Shown here one piece after another: positions 54,567-64,000 of a stretch of DNA of 64,000 nucleotides. The notes beneath the pieces are model-generated. The model was given only the letters and a program-made list of their open reading frames with translations, had not been told where the DNA came from and did no database searches. Origin of the DNA: Eledone cirrhosa (Eukaryota). The number at the start of each line of letters is the position of its first letter. Position 1 is the stretch's first letter. The stretch lies in the NCBI GenBank assembly GCA_964016885.1, contig OZ024740.1, positions 268,522,001-268,586,000 of the forward strand. The letters are read 5' to 3'. Position numbers and translations under genes: made by a program.

Positions 54567-55236
54567 GTACGTTAAAACATTTGGTAACACACCATTTTCT
54601 CTTGCTTAGAAATTTATAATACCCATCTAACATTGCTGAATTTTATTGAGAACATTCTATTCTGAGAACAATTCATTTTATTTTACAAAGCCTTATCTCA
54701 TTTCAAACATATCGAAATCGGTTTTCATCGATAAAATATTTACCTGCAATACGTATAAATTTTCATTCGATTTATTGTTTTTTTAACATCAAATGTTAGA
54801 AGTAATCGATGAGTAATTGGTTAAAGGTAATCAAATTAAACAATTTTATAAACAGAAATTAAAAACAAATTCCAAACCCAATATAATTCAATAAAACAAC
54901 TGGAATAGGTTTACTACCAAATGAGAAAATATCAATTTCCGATCTCCCTTCTACATTTCAGTTAATCAAAACTCACCAGTTTTATTCAGATAAAACGTTT
55001 TAAAGAAAAAAAACTGAAATAATTAAAAAAAAAATTCTATAGATCGAATCTCCCACCTCAAAATGTAATTTATTAAGAGGAGAAATTCTCTTTCCTGCAA
55101 TCCTAAAAACTCCGCAATTTAGAGACAATTATATATTCACTCCCAACTATATATACTTTACAACTATAAAATATTGCGTTCGTGGCTTCACTTTTTTTCC
55201 ATAAAATATAAAACTACTTATTTAGAACCAACTTAA

Positions 55237-55615
55237 CGGCGGTGGATTGGCAGCAAAGAGTTCAAATCCTACCGTGGTTAGCTTTGCCTTTCATCCTTAC
55301 GGGGTCGATAAAATAAAGCACCAGTAATGTACTGGAGTCGATTTAATGGACTTTCCCCTCTCCCTAAATCGCTGGCCTTGTGCCTAAAGTAGAATTATTA
55401 CTATTATTATTATGGGGTGACTGTATCTGTAGAGCGTCAGACAACATGCTTTGCAGCATATAGTTACACCCTTTTATGTTCTCTCACCAAGGTTAGCTCT
55501 GCCTTTCTTCCTTATAGGGTCGATATAATAAAGTTCCAGTAACGCATTGGCACCGATTTAATCGACATTCCCCTTCCCTTGAAATTGCTGGCCTTCTACC
55601 AAATCTGTCTAGAAA
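55237..55615 (+). mobile_element. Two SINE A copies
   Basis: Family A core and tail motifs. Confidence 0.75.
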
Positions 55616-56569
55616 CAACAATGAAACGTATAAACAATTAATTAGAATCCACTTAAAAACTTCTTTTGTAACATTGCTCAGTAGCCATATAGTTGTTGTA
55701 AACCACAACTTTATACTATACAGTTCGATGCCTATTCTACTGGATTTAACTGGCATCTTGTTTTTATTTATCTCATATGGATAAATGAAATAAGTGCTCG
55801 TAGTATACAGGTAAAAAGTTAATAGGCTTCCATCTTTAAAAAAATAAAATGAAAAAATGTGACTTGAACCTTGTATGAATTCCTAAAGTTTGAAAATGAA
55901 CGTTTATTGATTCCATATTGGATTTCATTAGAAAAAAATAAAATATTTGAACGTGTCGTAGCGAGGACCATATGGTACATAATAAGCTCTTACGTAAACA
56001 ACTCTGTGACTGGTCAGATTTCTAGGAATTTGCTATTTTCCTTAACTAGAATGTTTTTCAGCATGCTGACGCGTATGTGTATATGTGTGTACGTGTGTGT
56101 ATGTACATATACATACATTTATATGTATGAGTATATAAATATATACGCGCACACATAAAACACAAAAGTATATGCTCACAGGCATACATTCACACAAACA
56201 CACACATACATTCACACAAACACACACACGCATACATTCACACAAACACACACATACATGCACACACACATACAAATGAAACGCCAGCCACTGTTTTGCT
56301 ATAGTTTTTTCAACATCCCCTTCCTTCCTTTTACACACACATACACACAGATTATGTGACGGATGTATTGATATCATTGAAAAAAAGCATAAATACTACA
56401 ACATCCATTCCCTTATTTCGGAAGTCTATAATGACCAACCAACGATAAGTAATTGACTGTATCACATTAGTGCGTTGGAGAAATAAATATAGATTCGTTA
56501 TATTTATTCATACGGCTACATTAATGGCTTAATCAAAGGAAGAAGAGCAGCGCTGATTACCTTTTACAG

Positions 56570-56616
56570 ACCTCCCGTGTCTGGTATCAGGAAGGTGGGA
56601 AAGTACACTGGGACAG
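56570..56616 (+). CDS. Putative exon 2 ((D)LPCLVSGRWESTLGQ), phase 1 to 0
   Basis: Branch-like GCTGAT, acceptor CCTTTTACAG, donor CAG|GTGATT; open and in phase with 54512-54566. Confidence 0.45.
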
Positions 56617-56884
56617 GTGATTTGTCCGAATGCTTGCAACAGTATTTCGATATATACACCGAATAAGAAGTTGGTAGTGTTACACAGGGGGACGAATTAA
56701 GCATACCGACTAAGATCAGAAACAACCATTTTGACTAGCTTCCACGTAGTAGTCGCCTACCAAGTTTCACACACAAGGCTAGGGTAAATTCAAAGTTTTG
56801 GTAGAATACCAAAGTTTTCACTCATTTGCATCGAATTCGAGTTTTCTTCCTCATACAGCCATATATAAAACTGTTTCAGGAGCG

Positions 56885-57180
56885 TTGGGGTCGATAAAAT
56901 AAAGTACCAGTAATGCACTGGGTAATTGCTGGCCTTGTGCCTAAAGTAGAAACAGTTACATGCATTTGGCAGTGTCGGTAGAGATTTGGATAACATGCAT
57001 TGTGGCCTATAGTTACGTCCTTTTAAGTCCTGAATTCAAATCCCGTCGAGATTGGCTTTGCCTTTCATCCTCGACAGGGTCGATAAATTAAAGTACCAGT
57101 AACGTAGTGGGGTCGATTTTATCAACTTCTCCCTCTCCCACCAAATTGTTGGCCTTGTGCCTAAATCAGAAACCATTATT
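56885..57180 (+). mobile_element. SINE A fragment plus SINE A copy
   Basis: Family A core twice. Confidence 0.75.
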
Positions 57181-57561
57181 GTATGATAAAACTCATCCCG
57201 TTATCACTCCAATTTGAATAGTGAACTAGTTTTCTTAATTCTCCATGTTACTTGAAATTAAAACAGAAGTTAAGGACAATTATTCGTCGGAATAAAATTG
57301 TCTAATCACATTAGGGTTACAGTATTGGACGCTTTAACAATGTTATGGTTATTACGAATATATTTTCCTCCGTTAATTCTGATTGAGAGTATTGTATAAT
57401 TCGGACACTATTGATTTATAGTTTCATAGCTTGGACCGTCTGGAAATAGAACCCAAATCCAGCTAAAAAAAAAACATCGTTGTAAAAAGGTAGGTTGACA
57501 ATATAGTCAAACGATGGAATAAACATGTCAGGATGGTCATGTCTGGAATGTCAGTGATCAT

Positions 57562-57613
<52 letters not shown>

Positions 57614-57754
57614 GAAAAAATAAAGGTTACGGGCGAAATAGAGAATTATCCGTCATCAGTTGTCTACTAGGAATCATAGGTATTTCTTCGCGCTAGCGAC
57701 AATATACCTCAGCCTAGGGCGAAACAATAACTAAAATAAGTTATTGGGATAAAA

Positions 57755-57857
<103 letters not shown>

Positions 57858-57888
57858 CTCTCCTCCCCATAGTAATTTTCTGTGTTAG

Positions 57889-58140
57889 GTTATGGATGAA
57901 AAAGAACATATTTTTAATTTCAATCATGAAAAATATCTTTTTGACCGTTCAACGGACTTCATACTGTATCTTAAGTAATTCATATTAAAAAAGTTCCAAA
58001 CAAATATTTTATATATATATATATTTGCTGGTATTTTTTTTTAGTAGCGTGATAGACAACAAATCTATAATATTCGCGCTTTTACTAACGGCCTGTTTAT
58101 GTGTGGGTCACTTTAACGGCCTGACCTCATACATCGGGCA
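57889..58140 (+). CDS. Tentative exons 3 (57889-57974) and 4 (58045-58140)
   Basis: AG/GT-bounded and phase-compatible (0-2, 2-2): [29 protein letters not shown] / [31 protein letters not shown]; strong GTAAG donor after 58140. Confidence 0.25.
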
Positions 58141-58455
58141 GTAAGCGATATATTTACAAACTGTACAGCTTTATGCCCTATAGAATGGAAATAGCTGCTT
58201 GAAGAACTGATCTTTCCATTGGAAATTCTCTGAATTTCCAATTTTTGTGAAGTGAAACCGTCGGTAACAGCATTGTAAACAGGTGATTATTTAAATCGTA
58301 TTTTAATTTATTTAAAAGATTGTTTAATGCTTGCTTGTTCCGCTCATCTCATTTTTATAGTTCTGGTATCTCAAATTAGTACCATTGAACAACCATTGTA
58401 TTATAGACACCCTATATATTTTCGTAGGTACTTAGTACCTGTGGGTATATTAATC

Positions 58456-58487
<32 letters not shown>

Positions 58488-58542
58488 ACGGCGATGAATT
58501 AGTTTTGCGAGGTATTTTATATGTAATCGTCTGTCGAAACAA

Positions 58543-59317
58543 ATATTGATATACTTGGGGAGGGTCATATTTGTATAATATTGCCAGAATTAATAACAGA
58601 ACACACTCACTGTTTGGTTGGTTTTCGCTTTTCGCTTCTGTGTCTTTTATATCGGTAATCTAATTTATTCGGTCCTCAATGTTGCCATTGACTGATCAAC
58701 GGTCAAAAATAATACAGATACAATATAGACACAAACACATATATAGTTTATCAAAGTTCTTTCGTTGCACATCTGCAACATCGTCAGTGGTGCTATTGTT
58801 TCCTCTAAATAAATAAATAAATAAATACATACACAAGCACAATAACAACAAACACATATAAACACACACTAGTAAACATAGAATACATTAACCAATACAC
58901 AGTCACCCAATCACGAACACACATAAAACAAAACACGATACACACACGCAAACGCATGCGAAAGAAGACAAAATAAAATAAACAAACAAACAAATAAATA
59001 AATAAATATATAAACAGACTAAATAAAGATGGCGTAGACATACAATGTAACGGGAGGAAACAATAGCACCACTGACGATGTTGCAGATGTGCAACGAAAG
59101 AACTTTGATAAACTATATATATGTGTTTGTGTCTATATTGTATCTGTATTATTTTTGACCGTTGGTCAGTCAATGGCAACATTGAGGACCGAGTAAATTA
59201 GATTACCGATATAAAAGACACAGAAGCGAAAAGCGAAAACCAACCAAACAGTGAGTGTGTTCTGTTATTAATTCTGGCAATATTACACAAATATGCCCCT
59301 CCCCAAGTATAACAATA
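58543..59317. mobile_element. Non-coding PLE-derived fold-back, about 263-bp inverted arms, each with a hammerhead motif
   Basis: 58543-58805 is inverted to 59054-59317; the spacer resembles the PLE 3'UTR at 29930-30070; CTGACGA-T-GTTGCA-GATG-TGCAAC-GAAAGAACTT at 59072-59105. Confidence 0.85.
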
Positions 59318-59482
59318 TATATATATATATATATATATAATAGCTTGCACCGTATTTTTGACTAAAGAAATTTTAGCCTGATAATGGGGTTTAGAACCGT
59401 CAGATAAATGGAAAAAATACGGTGCAAGCTATTCTATTTTCTAATTTCCAACCTGCTCACTGTTTCAAAACATACTTACTTG

Positions 59483-59553
<71 letters not shown>

Positions 59554-59554
59554 T

Positions 59555-59740
59555 AAGTGAACAACACAATATATAACTACTCCATTACCAAAAGTTCATC
59601 TGTCTGATGAACGATCTAGGCGTATGTTAATATTGTCTAGGGTCCTAAAACCTTTGGTGATGGAGTAGTTATATATTGTGTTCACTTTCTAATTAATTAG
59701 CTCTGTTCTATACATAGAGCATTCTTTATTCCTTTGCTTT
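59555..59740 (+). mobile_element. PLE terminal repeat with short inverted copy; decayed hammerhead
   Basis: Related to 21640-21787; CTGATGA intact but GAAA>AAAA and GTA>GTG. Confidence 0.65.
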
Positions 59741-59821
59741 TTCTCCGAAAACACTTAACACACACACACGCGCACACACACGCGCACACACACGCGCACA
59801 CACACACACACACGCCCCCCC

Positions 59822-59870
<49 letters not shown>

Positions 59871-60754
59871 ATAGTCTAAAGAAATGTGACGAGAACGAAA
59901 TATAAATCATTAGTTAATGTAGGCGAATGATAGATTTTAAAAAGGAAGCCGAGAACACCGATAATTATGGGATGAGAATAATCAGTTGTCATATAAGGGT
60001 AATTCTTCATATTACCACAGGTTAGGTATAGCTAAGAAAACCTATAAAGATGTTTATTTAAAGAGATTATCAATAATTATCAGCCTATAATATATATGTG
60101 GAGGATTTCAAAAATCATCTGTAATACTTTTTATCTATTGTTTTCAGACAGAGCCAAGTATCAATAATATATAATCATCAATCAGTATATAAGCCTCTAT
60201 ATCATTTTGGTAAAGTTCCAATACTAATATAGGGATTATTATTAATCCAACCATACCATACCATTTAGAAGATATTTTAAATTTGCCATAAGGAAATTTT
60301 ATTGACAGGATTAGTCTTCTTAAACTTCTTATACTAATATTTGTAAAGAACTTGCATATTCGCCTACTAATTACAATAACTAAACAGAGAGTGAGTGTGT
60401 GTGTGTGTATATGCTTGAGAGATAGAGAGAGAGCGAGAGAGAGAATGAGAGTGAAAGAAGCGAGAGAAAGAGAGGGAGGGAGATACACACATACATATAC
60501 ATTCAAGTATAAATATATATATATTCATAAGTAAACGGATATATATCTTAAACACTATCACGATAAATAAAATCATTGTTTGAACTTATCTTGACCAGCG
60601 TTATCAATCAACAGGTGATCAGGCCCTATTGATTCAAGGTGAAGCAGAACTACCTCGTTTGAAGTATCATTTACCAAAACGAAGCACACACACAAACACA
60701 CAAACACATACACATATATGAGTGTGTGCGCGTGTGTGTGTGTGTGTTTAGTAA

Positions 60755-60865
60755 AGGCGCGTGGCTGAGTAGTTAGAGAATTGAATTCGCAATCATGAGG
60801 CTGTGAGTTCGATTCCCGTACCCGGCGATGCGTTATGTCCTTGAGCAAGATACTTTATTTTGTTG
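60755..60865 (+). mobile_element. tRNA-derived SINE head
   Basis: TGGCTGAGTAG, GAGTTCGATTCC, TCCTTGAGCAAGATACTTTATT. Confidence 0.7.
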
Positions 60866-60963
60866 TTCCTTCTGCCTTGATTTGCGACCGATGGACAGTA
60901 TCAGCAAATGTTTCCTCAGTCCGATTTGACGAAATTCAATCGATTGTCAATATGTATATATAC

Positions 60964-61021
<58 letters not shown>

Positions 61022-61296
61022 ATGGACACACAAACACACACAGACATCAATGTATACATATATACAAGCATACACACTTAATTATTACCCAGAATATCAT
61101 ATTTATTAGCCTACGAACTTACATATTTATTAATTGTAAAACTCGAGATTAATTTATCTGCTTTCAATAAATGACTTGTTATAGACTCGGTGACAATGAT
61201 ATTTAACATACATTTTCGGCGAAAGAAAGAATGTCTACGTGGCTTCTAGGGATGTTAGCCATGGCTGCCAAATCTATTTCAAAATATACTCTAATA

Positions 61297-61584
61297 CAGG
61301 CATGGGCAACCTTTTTCGAGAAGCGGGCCGCATGAGATATGACTCATCATCAGGCAGGCCGCAAACGCTAATTTACATTCGTGCCCACATTAAAAAAAGG
61401 GTGGTAAATCAGGTTGTTTTGATTTGTTTCTTTAGAGTTCATACACGTTGTTTTTCTCGATCGTAAAATGATAGAAAGATGAATAACGACTGAAAAGTTG
61501 GGTTAAAAAAACCAGAAAGATTTCATTTAGGTGATTTAGGCGAGCCATTCAGAAAGCTGTGCGGGCCGCAGGTTGCCATGACTG
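61297..61584. mobile_element. hAT (Charlie-like) MITE with intact 8-bp TSD
   Basis: TIRs CAGGCATGGGCAAC / GTTGCCATGACTG; TSD CTCTAATA at 61289-61296 and 61585-61592. Confidence 0.9.
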
Positions 61585-61664
61585 CTCTAATACTTTGAAA
61601 AATGAAGACAACTTGAATAATGTAGTGCAACATGCATGTATGGTCCTATAAATACTGTGGAGAT

Positions 61665-61976
61665 TGTAGTGGCGCTGTATTAGTATACGGCGTTTCTTGG
61701 GACTTTAGAACCTGGCAGGGCCCCTATCCTCCTCAGGTCTGAATGCAGCAGCTTTCCTCCAGAAAAGGATAGACGGACTGAGAGAAAGGAAGAGAGAAAG
61801 AGATATATAGGAAGAATCGACCTAGATATATATTTTTGATTGATATATGTTTTTATCGACTTCGAAAGGATAAATGGTAAAGTTGACCTCAGCGTGATTT
61901 GAACTCATAGTGTTCAGAGAGCCGAAACGAATACTGCAAAGCATTCTGTACGACGTTCTCTGCTAATTCGCCGCCT
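61665..61976 (-). mobile_element. SINE A long-tail variant
   Basis: Homologous to 51785-52098. Confidence 0.7.
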
Positions 61977-62689
61977 TAGTGCAACATGCATTATATCTAA
62001 AAAAAGAAAAGGCGACGTGATGGTTATCGTTGGAATGGCTGTGATCACATGTGTGTTCGGTCAAAATGAGTATTCAATAATCTAATATAAAACCAATGAT
62101 TATATTTCGTATTCTATTTTAACACATAGAGTATTTGATGTAAATAGTTCCATCCACTGCTTCTGAGTTGATTGTCAAAGTGAAGTCTTACAAAAACCTA
62201 GATATCAATTAAAAGTACAGGTAACTGTAAAGTTCGAATATAATTATCGTCTTTTATTCAATATACAAAAATTGCTGTCATGAAAGGCAATTGACATCGT
62301 ATGAAAATAATCTAATAAATTATATGAAAATAATCTAATAAAAAAAAAACTTCTAAAAGGTAAAAGAAACAGAAAAGGAAGAAAAGTAAAGAAAATGAAA
62401 GAAGGATCAACTGGCAAAAGAAAGGCAGCGGGAGGGACAATCACTATATCCCAATCTACGTGGTGCCTCAGCCGCGCCCCGCAGATAAAACTGCAAAAGC
62501 TTTACCACGGAGAATGGCCAGAGACTCCAACTGTAGTTATCTGCCTAGATAAATCTAAAAATCCTGAAGCTTTAAAATTGAGCTTCAATTTATAAGTAGA
62601 AATGTTTAATTAATAAGAATCAGAAAAATGATAAACATATCTATTACAAATAACAACAACACTACAGGTATTTAAAAATGGAAAAGGGT

Positions 62690-63015
62690 CACAGAAGAAT
62701 GGGAAGGGGAAGGTGATGGGCTCTAGGCATTGGGCCCGGTGGTGTTGAAGCTGCACCCCGCAGGACAAGACCGCAAAAGAATTTTCGTGGACAATGACCA
62801 GCTGCACCCGCAACAACAGTCACCTCATGGGACTCCTTCTTCAGACGGGCTGTTGACGTTTCGATCTTGCGGAGAAACTCGGCAGTATGGGTTCCAAGTA
62901 CGCCTGAGGTCTCAACCGATGCGAAGAGGAAGTGGCCGCACAATCCCCAATATTTGTTTGTTTTCCCTTCTTCTGCATTTTGGGCTGCAGTACCGGGGTT
63001 TGTAGTCAAAGCTGT
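62690..63015 (-). mobile_element. CRE-like non-LTR retrotransposon 3' remnant (RLE)
   Basis: PGTAAQNAEEGKTNKY..L..F..VETSGVLG..FLRKI matches the AA..AE..K..KY..F.P..VET.G pattern of CRE-clade RLE C-termini. Confidence 0.65.
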
Positions 63016-63175
63016 CTAGTTGATGTTGTGTAAATTCCAATGAGAGAGTCATGTGTCTATGTTAGAAACCGACTCTCTCTCTATTGGAAAAAATCTGTGA
63101 AATTATTAAACCAGAAGAACATACATACATACATACATACATAAATATATACATACATTTTTATTATTATATTCC

Positions 63176-63338
63176 AGGGCGGTGGATTGGCAGTATCGGT
63201 AGAGGGTCGGACGCCACCATGCTTTGACGCATAGAGTTACGGCCCTTGCCTTACATCCTTATGGGGTCGATAAAATAAAGTACCAGTAATACACTGGTTA
63301 ATTGCTGGTCTTGTGCAAAAAGTAGAAACAATTATTAT
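63176..63338 (+). mobile_element. SINE family A with internal deletion
   Basis: Family A head and tail; flanking repeat ATTATTATATTC. Confidence 0.8.
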
Positions 63339-63430
63339 ATTCACTCTGCCTAGGCGTCGAGTGCTCATATTGATGCAACTAACAGTAATTCTCTGAATCA
63401 CCAACAATACATCTATCTATCTATCTCTCT

Positions 63431-64000
63431 CGGGTCAATGCGGCCGGACTTCTTCCATCGTCTGGAGACTTTTCTGGGGACGTCCCGCTCCTTGCTATTA
63501 GTGGGGGACTGGAATGGTATCCTAGATGCACGCTGGGACTACGTAGGGGCCTGCCCCGATAGAGAGGGGTGTAATAGCCTCAAAGGGTTAATCGGTCGAT
63601 TTGACCTGGCCGATAGATATCGACTAGATTTTCCGACTGCGCCAACCTGGACTTGGGCAAATCGTAGCGGATCATCTAGGTCGTACCTAGATAGGTTCTT
63701 AGTTAGAATTAAGGATAAGGACATTTTAAGTTGTCCAAAAATGCGCATGGTTGGCTATTCAGACCACAAATTAGTGACCTGCATGGTCAACCTTGACAGA
63801 ACTCATAGACAGGGCCCCGGTTACTGGAAGCTCAACTTGTCCTTGCCGGCAAGTAGAGCCTACAGGAATCGGATTAGTACGTTAGTTAAGGAACGGTTGA
63901 CTGGAGCGATCGTCAACAACAGGTGGTGGGTATCTCTAAAGAGAGAGATTAGAGTAGTCTCGATAGAATTTAGTAAGGTTCTAGCTGCGGATAGGAATAG
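63431..64000 (+). mobile_element. Tx1/L1-clade LINE ORF2, APE domain, open to the window end
   Basis: Uninterrupted frame from 63438 with LVGDWNGILD, TWTW, SYLDRFLV, YSDHKLV, GPGYWKLN. Absent from the ORF track because no stop occurs within the window. Confidence 0.88.

Noticed and set aside
57430-57489. AG/GT-bounded open segment as an extra exon of the secreted-protein gene
   Set aside because: Overlaps a dispersed repeat also seen near 2070-2200 and 25780-25890.
57626-57665. Additional hammerhead-like motifs (also 16565-16605 and 26430-26480)
   Set aside because: Core incomplete or mutated (GAAA or CUGA lost) and stems not convincing; at most decayed remnants.

Overview
AT-rich, microsatellite-dense animal genomic DNA, not prokaryotic. 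The SINE, RTE and Penelope repeat repertoire resembles what I recall from octopod cephalopods; this is inference, not a database result. Most of the window is transposon-derived: a near-intact RTE LINE plus truncated copies, three Penelope-like element (PLE) bodies, many PLE-derived fold-back hairpins in (TA)n tracts, Tx1/L1, CRE-like, R4/Dong-like and I/Jockey-like LINE remnants, a hATm-like transposon, hAT and mariner MITEs, and about 30 SINEs. Most entries in the supplied ORF track are microsatellite or antisense artefacts. Three things lie below the ORF cutoff or are non-coding. (1) An intact 55-aa PIGBOS1-like microprotein ORF at 2896-3063 (-). (2) Several minimal type I hammerhead ribozyme motifs in PLE terminal repeats; the best is 53078-53133 (-), and there is stem II covariation between families. 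(3) A tentative spliced gene for a secreted protein starting at 54512 (+), whose second exon carries an avidin-like CxxxGxWxxxLG motif. Repeat boundaries are approximate, and all family assignments come from motif recognition by eye.
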